A stretch of 54,590 bases of DNA, filler included, from Squatina squatina (lineage: Eukaryota): assembly GCA_031763465.1 (NCBI GenBank). It is 3 parts of 3 records of this genome, joined end to end, with 100 filler letters (N's around TTAATTAATTAA, not from the genome) between each part and the next. Parts side by side here need not be neighbours in the genome. Positions count along the whole stretch, not along the records: positions 1 to 17,822 come from JARFOE010000013.1; 2 more parts are not named here. One strand, written 5' to 3'. The position numbers and the translations under genes were made by a program. The notes under the pieces were generated by a model that saw only the letters and a program-made list of their open reading frames with translations, had not been told where the DNA came from and did not search any database. Shown piece after piece: positions 1-12,545 of this stretch; the stretch's first letter is position 1, and each line of letters opens with the position of its first letter.

Positions 1-167
1 TCTGAGGCAGTGTTCAGATGCGCAGCAGATGTGGGCAGGAGGAGAGGGTGCAAGCGCTGAGGTTGTGGCGTGTGTTGATGCACTGGGAGCAGGCTGTGAC
101 TACAGATTCCAACTGCTAGCACTGGCAACTGTGTCGAGGATTTGCTAGTGACAGCCGTCCCCTTTCT

Positions 168-191
168 TTCTCTCTCTCTCTCTCTCTCTCC
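168..191. repeat. (CT)n microsatellite
   Basis: Direct reading of a tctctc run. Confidence 0.85.
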
Positions 192-1364
192 CCATTCTCC
201 CTCCCTCCCTCTGGAAAGTTGGGCAGACTGGTAGAATCTGCCGCTCTCTGGTCGTTCCCTCGTTGCTCTGTAGGACTTGCCCTGCCAGTTGTTTGCCTGA
301 GCCTCCTGGTGGAATTCATTCAAATTAAAGCAGCGGGAACTCGGCCCAAATCCCCAAATGCTCCGTCCCTCGCCTTCATCAGCATTCCAGCATAGAGAGT
401 AATTAAGGGAAAAAATTAATTCTGCTGTAAGCAGAGGAGGCACCAAATAACTGATATTAGCAGCTCGATGATGAATGCTTGGCATCAAGGGAGGTCTCCT
501 GGGAGAGCAGAAGACTTTGCAGAGTTTTTTTTTTCTGCATATCACAGTTTTCTCATTATGAAACCCAGGGAAGATTGCTGAGTGCATGCATGATATGTTA
601 AAAGAGTAGGGTGGAAAAAAAAAGAGCAGCCACTTGTTCACGAGATACATCTTAATTAGTGCGCACTTTAAGCAGACANNNNNNNNNNNNNNNNNNNNNN
701 NNNNNNNNNNNNNNNNNNNNNNNNNNNNNNNNNNNNNNNNNNNNNNNNNNNNNNNNNNNNNNNNNNNNNNNNNNNNNNTTCCGTAGGAGCGATGATTTTC
801 GGTCTGTGTTCATACACCTTCCTGTGTTTGGATTCATTCAGACCCAGTCCCATTCATGTCAAGATAGGATGCCAGCCCTGCCACTCTGACCCGGCCTCCA
901 TGAAAATATTTGTGTACACTGTTGTCAGCTCTATGTGAGGCGCTTTGCAAAAATAATTGGTTGTTAGTCGGGTGCTGGTGTTTATTTACTGCCGTATAGC
1001 TGGCTCGCAGTGACATTTTCAGCATCTTGTGGACTCCAAAGTGTTTCTCATGCAGTTTCTCAGGATTATAGCAGGTTTTTTTAATACCAGCGGGAGGAAG
1101 GGAGTATAAAGGTAATATAATTTGATGACAAAATGATCAGCCGGTGGCTGGAAGCTCCTTTACGAGCTCAATAATAATGCGAAAGGGAAACGGAATATGC
1201 AAAATGTAACGAGATTTTAAAGGGATAGAAAGGGCTGACATTTTAACCTGCAAATTAATCCTTTTTGTCGTAATAAATCTCGTAAGCACAAAATAGGATT
1301 TTTAAAATTCATATTCCTTTTTACCCATTTTCCCCTCAACTTTCTTGCTGCAAGCAGTGATGTA

Positions 1365-1684
1365 CTGGGGTTCATGGCCGGCAATGACCTTTGCTGGAGG
1401 TCATGTGTGACAGTGACCTTTGCTGGGGTCATGGGCGACTGTGACCTTTGCTGGGGTCATGGGCAGCCGTGATCTTTGCTGAGGTCATGAGCAGTTGTGA
1501 CCTTTCCTGCGGTTCATGGGCGGCAGTGACCTTTTCTGGAGGTCATGGGTGACAGTGACCTTAGCTGGGGTCATGGACGACTGTGACCTTTGCTGGGGTT
1601 CATGCATAGCTGTGCCCTTTCCTGGGGTTCATGGACGACTGTGACTTTTGCTGGGGTTCATGGGCAGCTGTGGCCTTTGCTGGG
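1365..1684. repeat. Minisatellite, 28-29 bp unit (approx. GTGACCTTTGCTGGGGTCATGGGCAGCT), ~11 diverged copies
   Basis: Tandem units read directly; the array is followed by a short CR1 piece (HLEYCVQF) at the contig end. Confidence 0.9.
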
Positions 1685-2855
1685 TAGAGCTGGCTTGCAC
1701 CTGGAGTATTGTGTACAGTTTNNNNNNNNNNNNNNNNNNNNNNNNNNNNNNNNNNNNNNNNNNNNNNNNNNNNNNNNNNNNNNNNNNNNNNNNNNNNNNN
1801 NNNNNNNNNNNNNNNNNNNNNTCGCTGTAGTTTGCACTGTGGCACAGTCTACACCTCTTGGAGTTCCACAGGGAGTGCAGCAGATGGAGGAATTCGATTA
1901 TCCTGCGGTTAAGGGAGACCAAATGTTCAATTTGCGACAGAAAACGGCAGAGAAGGAATGAGGGGAACCGAAAATGGCTGTCGTGTGGACAGATTTTTTA
2001 TAGGAAGCCAATCGTTGCCAAAGGGAGCAGAGCCGGCACTGAGGTGCAGTAATGTTCGAATCCCTTCCAACTACCAGCTGGGGTTGTTCAGAAGCTGCTA
2101 TCCCCACAGCACGCGCGCAGCAGGCTCGGAGCAGCTTGACATCGCCATATGTGGAACTTTTTTATTCTCCACCTCGGTCCCCGGGGCTGCTGGTGGGGGG
2201 GGGACGAGGCGAGAGAGACACCAGAGGCAGGTGAATTGCTCTTAATGCAAGGCACTAAATCACCAGGTTAACATGAGAAGCCGAGAGAGAGGAAATGGAT
2301 CCACTGAACACTGACCTGGACTAGTCCGTAACCTTGCAGCTATGGCTCAAAGCACCAGGCAATACTGCGCAGTGCTTCACAGATGGAGCATTCACCTTGC
2401 ACAAACCACCTGTATGTGCAAGTCTCATTTTCTACAGTTTTAGTGCAGTGTCTGACCTGAATTCCTATATACCATTCCGATGCCTGAAATACGTNNNNNN
2501 NNNNNNNNNNNNNNNNNNNNNNNNNNNNNNNNNNNNNNNNNNNNNNNNNNNNNNNNNNNNNNNNNNNNNNNNNNNNNNNNNNNNNNNNNNNNNNCCGGAC
2601 GAAAGGAGTATGTGACTATATTTGATAAGTGAGGACCAGATAAAAATTCAGCAACTGGGACCTTCCTCTAGTGTGCTGAGCTAGGAGCCCAAAGCATCGA
2701 AGAGGAGCGTTGCAACAGTGTACAATAGCTAGGATCTGGGGAGGCATCCAACAGAGCATTGAACTGCCTTCCTAACTAATGCATCAAACGAGACGAGTTT
2801 AATTAGGAAGAATTAGAATTCTAAAATGATATTTGCGATATCCGATACAGATGCT

Positions 2856-2967
2856 TTAAGGGAGAAGAAAGTTAGCAGTATGGTAATCCCTCCGCCCAAG
2901 TCTGTTTTTGACAGCTGTACAGAGATCGCCCTCCATCGTGATGCATACTTTCGAACGACCAGTATTT
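2856..2967 (-). CDS. Putative terminal coding exon of an unidentified gene (..NTGRSKVCITMEGDLCTAVKNRLGRRDYHTANFLLP*)
   Basis: Minus-strand acceptor tccttctcaactgatacag|A; reads in phase 2 with the exon at 3293-3379 and ends at TAA 2858-2856. Protein not recognised. Confidence 0.35.
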
Positions 2968-3292
2968 CTGTATCAGTTGAGAAGGACATAAAAGATGTAT
3001 GTTGTGTGAGAGGTCAGACACCTGGTGTATCTGTTAAGTTGCCCACACGACAGCAAGCATCTCATTACGTCACGGTAGTTATAAACTAGTTTGATGGATT
3101 AAGACGTGCAAGAGGTAATTACTAATTACCGTATATAGTATGTGGCCTGTTTGCTTATTTTTCTTGTTGAAATGAGGCTGCGGAATAATTCAGAAGAGGT
3201 CGCAGTGACAGGGAAAGAAAAAGAGTGAGCTTAGACTTCAAAACAGTTCAACGCCCTGAGCAATGATAGACCATAACACTAGGCACACTTAC

Positions 3293-3379
3293 ACCATCTC
3301 ACCCCCTGCTGTCAAGTTCAGCGCACCTTTAAAGCTCTCCTTTTTCTCTTCGGGCAAGGTGAATACGAAATTTATTTTT
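3293..3379 (-). CDS. Putative internal coding exon of an unidentified gene (KINFVFTLPEEKKESFKGALNLTAGGEMV)
   Basis: Strong acceptor ctttcttttttttaatag| and donor GT|gtaagt; 87 nt, phase 2-2; only one frame is open. Confidence 0.45.
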
Positions 3380-3596
3380 CTATTAAAAAAAAGAAAGAAT
3401 ATGCTCTTTATTCCGAACATGACAATTTTTTTTAAATGAACTGTCGTGAAAGGTGGGTGGACAGAGTTGGAAAGCATTTCTACAAGTCCGAGGATANNNN
3501 NNNNNNNNNNNNNNNNNNNNNNNNNNNNNNNNNNNNNNNNNNNNNNNNNNNNNNNNNNNNNNNNNNNNNNNNNNNNNNNNNNNNNNNNNNNNNNNN

Positions 3597-3668
3597 TACA
3601 GATCAGCCACCATCTAATCGAAGGCGGAACAGGCTCGAGGGGCTGAATTGTCTCCTCCTGTTCCTGTA
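3597..3668 (+). mobile_element. CR1 LINE 3' end fragment
   Basis: gatcagcca...ggcggaacaggctcgaggggctgaa...ctcctcctgttcct; matches the other CR1 3' ends in the window (e.g. 37325-37480). Confidence 0.7.
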
Positions 3669-4143
3669 AGTGTGTCCTGCAATATCCCTTTGTATATCTG
3701 TGATGGCATTGCGGTGAAAATGAATATATTTTCTGTCTCTCGACTTGGATTATTGTGTCTCCCGAAACACAATTATTAGATCAGATTAATGATCACATGC
3801 CTGATGTGATGAGAACGGAATAAAAAAAACCCAAACAAATCATATCCCTTTATTTGTATTCCTTTCCAGACACCGCTGGGCGTAATCCCCATCGAGTTGT
3901 ACAGAACAATTGCGAAGTATTGACAATGTGGACGGATCATGAATTTCAATAGAACACAAGCATAACACTGCAGTATTATATTCACACTGCACCTTGCTAT
4001 GGGCTGATGGTGTTTGCTGTCTTAATCCGCCTATCTCCAGCCTCGCAGTGCAGTACTGCTAATGCTGAAGCCGATTTTCAGTACCCTCCTTGTCAAAGCT
4101 CTCCCGCTTGAATTGGCGCGGCAATGCATCAGTACCTTTAGCA

Positions 4144-4396
4144 TGTCAGCGGTGGCTCAGAGGGTAGCACACGCTCACCTCTGAGTCATGAAGGGTTGTG
4201 GGTTCAAGGCCCACTCCAGAGACTTGAGCACAAAAACCTAGGCTAACAATGTGGTGCACTGCTGAGGGAGACCTTAAACCAAGGCCCCCGTCTGCCAGGT
4301 GCATGTAAAAGATCCCACGGCCACTTTATTTCAAAGAAGAGCAGGAGAGTTCTCTCCTGTGTCTTGTGCCAATATTTATCCCTCAACCACCATCAT
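4144..4396 (+). mobile_element. tRNA-derived Deu-domain SINE (SacSINE1-like), partial
   Basis: A/B-box-like head (ggtggctcagagggtag...gggttcaaggccc) plus Deu core gtaaaagatccc...gaagagcagg...gccaatatttatccctcaacc; homologous to 32694-33145. Confidence 0.8.
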
Positions 4397-4478
4397 TGTA
4401 CCAGTATTGTGTGCAGTTTTGGTCTCCTAATCTGAGGAAGGACATTCTTGCTATTGAGGGAGTGCAGCGAAGGTTCAC
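4397..4478 (+). mobile_element. CR1 ORF2 fragment
   Basis: Translates YCVQFWSPNLRKDILAIEGVQRRF. Confidence 0.85.
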
Positions 4479-6426
4479 NNNNNNNNNNNNNNNNNNNNNN
4501 NNNNNNNNNNNNNNNNNNNNNNNNNNNNNNNNNNNNNNNNNNNNNNNNNNNNNNNNNNNNNNNNNNNNNNNNNNNNNNTATGCTCACGCCGTTGCGCAGT
4601 GACACCGGCACCATATCAGGCTGTTACTCCGCTGCTTCCTCGCGTACGACAAGACAAAAAAAAAACGCAACTCAGAGGCTTCTAACCATCAACCAGCTCC
4701 TCGCTTTCCTTTGTTGGGTATTGAACCCAACATGTCTCCAGAGATGAAGGGCATTGCCTGCCTCAGCAGACTGCGAATTCTGAACTCTTGACAGATCTAT
4801 GACAGGTAGAATTTCTCAAAGGGGATGTGAAGCAGCATTTTGATAACCCAAAGCGAGAACCTGCTCATTTTTCTTGCACTCAAGCCAGCAGTAAAATCAG
4901 GACAGAAAGGACATGCTTTAGATATGTTTCAGCATCCTCCAGGGTGCCGGGGAATCATTTGAGATGGTGCAGTTGTGCATCTCAAGCTCGAGCGCGGTCA
5001 GTTATTATATTTTTTGTAGGAACTGAAATTTTAAAACGCTGACAGGATCCGTGACAGGTGAAATTCCTTTTCAGCAAGAGCCAGTTTGTAAGAAGCTGCT
5101 CGTTTTTTTTTTCTGGTGTACTCTGCATTTTTGTTTGAGCAGAGGAGGGGCTGCTTTATAATCGGTCCTCAAAAGGACCTCGTGCTGTGCCTCGGAGTCT
5201 GGAACTGATCGAATAACTCCTGGGCCTCTTCTTCCCCTTCGCCCCCCACCCCACCGCCCCCATGTAAGCAAATATTTTCATTCTGTTCATTGATCGCTTC
5301 CAGCATCTGTGCAAGAGATCTATAAAACAGTGCTTTAGTTAAATTCCAGTTGTTACCAAAGCAAGCTTATCTGCAACGCTGCTGCAGACCTGTAAGAAAC
5401 AGATGCAAGTGGTCATCAATGTCCTACATGCAAACAACTTTGAAAATCAGAACAGTTGTGTCAGTTGAATTATCACAACATGCTCATTACTCCAACATTA
5501 ACTCAAGTTTCATCCAAGGTGTTTCGTTAAGTGCTTGCAATAATTTACTAGGTTTGCATGCTTAACAGCTTCCAGTTGGAACTGAATCTTATGAAAACTT
5601 CAGGAAAAAATGCTAATGAGTATCATCCAAAAATAATCATTTTGTAATATGTCAGGAAGCCTATAGGATTGAGAGCGGATTTATCACAAGCATTAAAAGG
5701 ATAAATCCTGGGATTCAAAAGGCTCCAAAAACATTAGCTGCGTTATATAAAACTCAAGTTCCACTTAAGTTCTTCAGTGCATTTATTTTACTTTCTTTAA
5801 TGTCCGTGCTTCATTGCTTCTTTATTTATTTAGTTCCTTGATCCTTTTCCATAATTACAGAGAACATAAATCCCCTACTAAAAGTAAGTACAGATTCAAT
5901 TTTGAAGAAATTAGGGAACACTAACTGGGTAGTAACTTTGGTCTTGAACAAAGATTCATTCATTTAAGCTATATTTGGCAAAACTGTGANNNNNNNNNNT
6001 ATTGTCCTTCGCTCCTTTATGAAGACATCATGAAAAGCTGACAGCTGCTTTCTTTTGCTGATACCTTGTGGCATTTTCGTCCTGCTCCCATAATTACTGC
6101 AGTGTCTGATTTCACAGATTTGGCAGTTGATTTTAAGGCTTTTTTAAAAAAAACATAAAAGTCTGAGTGTGAAGAACAGTAGCAAAGTGAAATAAGCAGT
6201 CTTTTAGCATTTCAAATACATTTTATGATTGGTGATGCCTGTTTCTTAAGGATGTGGAATGAATGTTACCAATAGGAAAATAGGGCAAAGATTTAGTATA
6301 CTCGGGGGTAGAGTTTTCGCTTTAGGCGGATTTGGGAAATTGCAACCAAAATGCACAAGAAATTGTGTTAGTTAGATTATAGTTCAAGTTTCTGCAAAAA
6401 TTCATTTGCATAATAACAAATATAAA

Positions 6427-6977
6427 GGGGGAGAAGTTTGGGTTGTTTGTCCTTCCCGTTAACAGGGCGCAAAAGGCTTCTCGCCCGGGGCACGGGGCTG
6501 CTACCGACTCCCGTGAAATTCCACGGGAGTTAGCGGAGGTGTAACCAGTAGCGTCCTGCGCCTGCTGGTAGCGCCCTTTGCTGCTGTGCCAGCGATGATG
6601 ACGTCATCGCCGTGTGCAGCGACCCGTTTTCGCTCTGGAACGAAAATTCGTTAACACCCCGTGAGACTGCTGTGGGCGATGCCCGTGCCAGCTTCATGGG
6701 TCGTGAACTGGGCTTCACTCCGCTGGCAGGGAAAAAAATTAAAGGGGAAGTGTGGCGCCGAGATTTTTAAAAAATGGCCAAATTACCGGTCGCAGCCTTG
6801 CCCTTTTGAAATCGCGGGGTGCGTGCCGTGATGTTAACGCCCGGCACTTCTGTGCCGTGCTACCGCCACAGCACCCTATTCCCCAGTGGTGTAGTGGGGG
6901 CCCCTTCTCCCGAATGCAGCGTCCGCAGTGTGCCCACCCCTTTAGTGGAAGGAGAGAGCCCTATGCTCCCGCTAGTG
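6427..6977. mobile_element. GC-rich non-autonomous DNA transposon (Harbinger/MITE-like), partial
   Basis: Abrupt CpG-rich block starting ggggagaagtttggg, similar to the start at 30887; no credible ORF. Confidence 0.5.
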
Positions 6978-7130
6978 NNNNNNNNNNNNNNNNNNNNNNN
7001 NNNNNNNNNNNNNNNNNNNNNNNNNNNNNNNNNNNNNNNNNNNNNNNNNNNNNNNNNNNNNNNNNNNNNNNNNNNNNTCTGGGCAGAGAGCCGGCACGGG
7101 CCGAATGGCCTCACTCTTTGGTTCTGTGTA

Positions 7131-7277
7131 CCATGACCAGTTCTGAGGCGGTTGATGGTTGTCCACTGTTTTCGAGGAAGGTTTGATCCTTCAGGTTGTC
7201 CTGTGGGGTCCTTTTTATAAGGAATCTATTCCGTATGCCACAGTTCTTCCAAGCATTTTGCCATTGATCATCAAGGA
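7131..7277 (-). mobile_element. Vingi/Ingi-like LINE fragment (second copy)
   Basis: Aligns by eye with 40837-40980; flanked by a CR1 3' end (7078-7130) and an L2 fragment (7278-7375). Confidence 0.7.
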
Positions 7278-7375
7278 GCGACTTAAAGGAGAGAGAGGTT
7301 TAGGGAGGGAATTCCAGAGCTTGGAGTCTAGACAGCTGAAGGCACGGCCACCAATGGTGGGGATGAACGAAATCA
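7278..7375 (-). mobile_element. L2 LINE 3' fragment
   Basis: Translates IGGRAFSCLDSKLWNSLPKPL, typical of the L2 ORF2 C-terminus. Confidence 0.75.
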
Positions 7376-8129
7376 GGAGGCATAAAAGAAAAGAGAGCTT
7401 CATGGAATATCCACCACCTCTTCTTTACAACTACTTTAATATTTCTTCACTTAGTCTGCAAACTGATCCTTCGATCGCGCGCAGTCCCTTCATCCAATCG
7501 GTGGCACCTGAGCAATTCTCTGAGATGTCGACGGTTCTGTGATCACAACAATACAAACATCAGCACCTTTCCAACTCGCCACCGCAGAAACATCACAATA
7601 CAATTAGTTGATTAATGTCAGTTAAGACTATTAAACTACATAAATTTGCTAGTCAGGAAACCCCTGGTGCACTGTTAAGTCACATTACAGAACAGAGAAA
7701 GAACAGGCTCCATTAGGTTTAATGACATCTACAACACCCATTACTGTGCACAGACCTCTTAAACAGGCAAAGTACTGCACAAATGCTTCAAGAAGAATTG
7801 GTTTCCTCTTCCCGCCCCATTCCCCAACCCCACACGCCTCTGATTTATACCTCGAAACACGGCACATTGTCTCTCAGAAATGGAAATGGCTGAAAGCCGG
7901 CATTTATTAATTGACCGATATGTTCACAGTCACTGCAATGTTAACTGGAGTTAATTCCTTAATGGGTTTCAGCCTGCAAGTTCAACTCTAACTGGTTCAT
8001 GAAGATACATAAAATGGTACATGTACACATATAAAACTTTCCTATTTTTCCACTCAAGATTTACGGGCAGTTCAATGGTTCAGTTAACGAGCGAGCGATT
8101 TGTAAGTGCTATGGAACAGCATTACAGAA

Positions 8130-8291
8130 CAAAGGCTTAGGAAGGGACTATTGAAAGGATAACTCCATACCTGAAGGGCGACCTAATAGAGGTTTTAGAA
8201 TGATAAAGGGGTTTGATGGGTTAGACGGAGAGAAGATGTTTCCACTTATAAGGAAGATCTAAACTAAAAGGCCATAAATATAACATAACAG
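8130..8291 (+). mobile_element. Degenerate CR1 3' fragment
   Basis: gaagggcgacctaatagaggtttt...ggagaagatgtttccactt...aactaaaaggccataaatataa. Confidence 0.65.
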
Positions 8292-9116
8292 NNNNNNNNN
8301 NNNNNNNNNNNNNNNNNNNNNNNNNNNNNNNNNNNNNNNNNNNNNNNNNNNNNNNNNNNNNNNNNNNNNNNNNNNNNNNNNNNNNNNNNNNCCAATAGCA
8401 TTACCATACGTGTGATAGATGTTAACATATAGCAAACATCAAGCCTTTCCTTCTAGAAATCACTGGGAGCTCTTTGTGTTCAAACTTTCTTTACCAAAAT
8501 TCTGTACAATCAACCTTCCAAGTCAGATTAAATCATGCTTATCCATAACTGTTATTAGTGTTTATTCTGCTGTCTGAAACTGGATTTTACTGGAATTTCT
8601 GTGTTCATATTAAGAAATAAACCCATGTATCATTGACATGCTTTATTTTTGTTTTTCGATGGATATCTGCTCATGGGTTCAAGAAGACCTTGGAAAACCG
8701 GCAAGGCACATTCTCCAGCCACTCCTCCCCCCCCCCCCCGACCTTCGACCCACGCGACCTCTCCTCCCCTCGCCATCAGATGTCCTGGAGTGCATGACCC
8801 TTAAACTAATACCGTGTGGGTGCCCATTTATGCTAGTGTAAAATACTGCCATCAAAATTGCAGTGTTAAAGTTACTTTTTCTCAGCGCTGTGGGTATAAA
8901 GGAACAGTGCGTACATCAGCGAGGCATGGGCAGCAGGTTTGCATTGTTTAAAAGTGAAGTTAAGAATGCCCACTGTCCCCACTATAGGTATAAATAAAAA
9001 TTGGGGAGTCTTTTAGNNNNNNNNNNNNNNNNNNNNNNNNNNNNNNNNNNNNNNNNNNNNNNNNNNNNNNNNNNNNNNNNNNNNNNNNNNNNNNNNNNNN
9101 NNNNNNNNNNNNNNNN

Positions 9117-9623
9117 AGTGCTCTGACAGTTCAGTATTCTGACAGTGCAGCACTCTGACAGTGCAGCGCTCTGACAGTGCAGCATTCTGACAGTGCAGGG
9201 CTCTGATGCTGCAGCACTCTGACAGTTGAGCGTTCTGAGTTCAGTATTCTGACAGTGCAGCACTCTGACAGTGCAGCATTCTCACAGTGCAGTGCTCTGA
9301 CAGTGCAGTGCTCTGACAGTGCAGTGCTCCGACAGTGCAGTATTCAGACAGTGCAGTGCTCTGACAGTTCAGTATTCTGACAGTGCAGTATTCTGACAGT
9401 GCAGCGCTCTGACAGTGCAGTGCTCTGACAGTGCAGCGCTCTGACAGTGCAGTGCTCTGACAGTGCAGTACTCTGACAGTGCCGCATTCTGACAGTGCAG
9501 TGCTCTGGCAGTTCAGTATTCTGACGGTGCAGCACTCTGACAGTGCAGTGCTCTGACAGTTCAGTATTCTGACAGTGCAGCACTCTGACAGTGCAGCGCT
9601 CTGACAGTGCAGCATTCTGACAG
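9117..9623. repeat. Minisatellite, 16-bp unit (CTGACAGTGCAGCACT), ~31 copies, filling the whole contig
   Basis: Direct reading; it produces the repetitive LHCQS..LSE ORFs in the track. Confidence 0.95.
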
Positions 9624-10165
9624 NNNNNNNNNNNNNNNNNNNNNNNNNNNNNNNNNNNNNNNNNNNNNNNNNNNNNNNNNNNNNNNNNNNNNNNNNNNNN
9701 NNNNNNNNNNNNNNNNNNNNNNNGGGCCTCGACGATTTGCTCAGTGCTGCACTTTATAATGGAGTTCGAGCGTTGTTTTATCTCCCAAAGAAAACTGCTG
9801 GTCATTATCCAATTGGCTGCCCTAACTATTTTATTTCACTGAGAAAACACTTTTTTTTGTTCAGTTGTGTTCAATATTTTTACAGTCGTTTGGAAAGATA
9901 GCTGAAGAAAGAAAAGGAAGGGTGTAATTTACTATAAGCATGTGTGATTGTTTTTTAAAAAGTTTTACCTTTTCTGTATTGTGTTTAGTCAATAAAATGT
10001 TGGTCTGAATTATATTGGAATTATTGTGGTTTAAATAACCTATTAAATGGTGAAAACCCAACTTTGTTTGTGGCCACAATGAAATTCTGGTTATTTTAAA
10101 TTGTGTGAGGGTCTCTATTTCTGGACAAGAGACTTTCATATTGAGAATGAAGGGGTAGACACCCT

Positions 10166-10893
10166 GGGAGCCCAAGTGGTTATTTAGGTGCCGGATTTTT
10201 AATTGCTCCGGGGCACAGTTTTTTCGTGCTGGCCCCAAAGCAACAGCCGCCAAATCGAAATTTGGGTCTTTGTAGTTTTTTGGGTTCATGTGACACCAGT
10301 GCTGAGCCGGCGCTGAGCTGGAGCCAAGGACGTAATGTTGGCACATTGCCAATGCCAGTGTGCTGACATCAGCTGCGGCCCCGCCCCCTAATTTAAAGGG
10401 GGTGGGGCTGCCAGCCGACACCATGGAGCCCCAGTGGCTGTGACTGGGCCACCAGGGAAGCCGGCCACTGGTGTGTAGGCAGACATAACGATGGCCCGGT
10501 TGGGAGAACGTCTGTCATGGAAAAGAAATGGCAGCCACCAGTGCTACTGCCCTCCCCTTTAAGCATTGTTGGCAATGCCAGGTTGAACCAATCATTGCCA
10601 ACGACGCCTGCTTCACTACTGACCCACAGACCAATTCCGGCCCCGGCTCGCTACTGATGATGAAAGGGGCCGCTAGTGACGCTATGGGGTCGGTGCTTGA
10701 TGTGATGACATCGCGCACCGACTGGCACTGGATTTCGTGCCCCCGGTGCCTAGGCCTTTGTGCCACGGGGAAGCCAACACAAATTCTGTGGGCGATGGTT
10801 TTACGCCCGCAGAATGCCAAAAACACATTTTGCTCCCCGTTAATGCCCCTCAAAGGCACTAACAGGGCACAAAATGAGATCAATTGGGCCCCC
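10166..10893. mobile_element. GC-rich MITE-like element with imperfect TIRs (PIF/Harbinger-type)
   Basis: Left end gggagcccaagtg; right end caattgggccccc (reverse complement gggggcccaattg), 11/13 match; same terminus type as 12943-13568. Confidence 0.6.
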
Positions 10894-12545
10894 TTGGACT
10901 CATTTTTCATGGGGTAGGTGACATCCTTATTCCTCTGAACAAAATCCACCACCTCACGCTTGAAATTAATTAGGCATTTACATGCTGATTCTGCAAGTTT
11001 GTTAATGGCTTCCTGTATTTTGTCGTAGTCTTCCTCAATATTAGCTCTACCCCCCAATTTGGTGTCATCCTCAAACTTTGATATTGCAATTCCGATTATC
11101 AAGTGCAAATCATTTATGAAAATGGTGAACAATAGGGATGTCAGCACCGATCCCTATGGAACACCTTTTCCCACCTTCTGCCTGTCTGAGTAACTACTTT
11201 AACCCTTACTCTTTTGTAACCAGCTTTCAATCATTCTGCTACTTGTGTCCTGAATCTACAAGCTCTGACCTTAGCCATGAATCTACTATCGAAAGCCTTT
11301 TGAAAATCCATGTATATTACATCCACTGAATCCTCCTTATCTACCCTTTCTGTTACTTCTTCAAAGAATTCAATAAGATTGGTCAAGCATGGCTTTCCCT
11401 TTTGAAATCCGTGCTGACTATTCTTCATTATATCTTCATTTGCAGTTGTTTTTGTACTACATCTTTGAGTAAAGATTTCAATATCTTTTCTATGACTGAC
11501 ATTAAACTAATTGGTTTCGAGTTCCCTGGATTTGTTCTATATGCCTTTTTGAATACCAGTATTCTAACACTATTCCCTTTTCTATTGACTTTTTACATGT
11601 ATATATACTAGTGCCTCTGCTATACCTTCCTTAGCTTCCTTGAGTATGTGTGATTGCTTTCCATCCGCACCTTGTTTTTATCCTCTACGCTTGTCAAATT
11701 TATCAATTATCTCCCTTCTATCTATCTTAAATGTCTCGATATCTTTTTTGATCTCTCCTTCTAACGTCATGTCCACCATGTTAGTCTCCCTGGTAAAATT
11801 GAGGCAACCTATTCAATATTTCTGCCATTTCACTGTCATTACCTGTGAGTTTATGTTGTGCATTCCTACCCAATGTTAATTTTACTTTTGTTATTTATGT
11901 GTCAATAGAGTACTTTACTATTTCTTTTTATATTGTTTTGTAATTTCATTTCATAATTCCTCTTTACCTTTGTAATTGTTATTTTGACTTCTTTCCTCAG
12001 CACTTTGTATTCCTTTTTAACATCCTCTCCTTTATTGTCAATGTACTTAGTATATGCTTTTTTCTTCAATTTTACGCTTATCTCATTATTCATCCACGCT
12101 GTCTCATTATTGGTGAGTTTGTTTTTGTTTTTGTATTTAGTAGAAAATATTTCTCCTGAACGCTATTGATTACCTTTTAAAATATTTCTCACTATTGAGG
12201 CATCTCTTTGTCATTTTTTTCAAGTTTACCTACACAAGTTCAATCCTGATCCCCTTATAAAAAAAAATTTTAATCTACTGCTTTGGTCTTTGCCTTACAT
12301 ATGTCTCTCAATCACTATCTTAAACTTTGTTATGATGTGATCGCTATTGCCTCAATGCTCCCTTTACCTGATCTGGTTCATTTTTTATCCAGCAATAATC
12401 CTGTCTTGTTGGGCCTATTACATACAGGGTAAGAAAGGAGTCCCATATACACAGTAAAAACTCCATTCCCTTTTCACCTTTAGCTACCTCTTCTTGCCAG
12501 TTTATTTGAGGGTAGTTGAATTCTCCCACGATTATTGTTCTAAGG
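10894..12545 (-). mobile_element. Degenerate, internally deleted CR1 LINE ORF2 (endonuclease end to RT)
   Basis: Collinear minus-strand pieces: MGEFNYPQINW; KKKAYTKY..NSKVLY; SQHGFQKGKPCLTNLIEFFEEVT..DVIYMDFQKAFD; LFTIFINDL..SKFEDDTKLGG. Frameshifted. Confidence 0.9.

Noticed and set aside
4144-4220. tRNA gene
   Set aside because: The A/B boxes belong to a SINE head; no cloverleaf.
9241-9805. Cys/His-rich repetitive ORFs (LHCQS..LSE.CTVR) resembling a metal-binding protein
   Set aside because: They are translations of the 16-bp minisatellite.
9861-10917. 187-aa and 129-aa ORFs
   Set aside because: They run through a MITE-like element and AT-rich flank; no protein signature.
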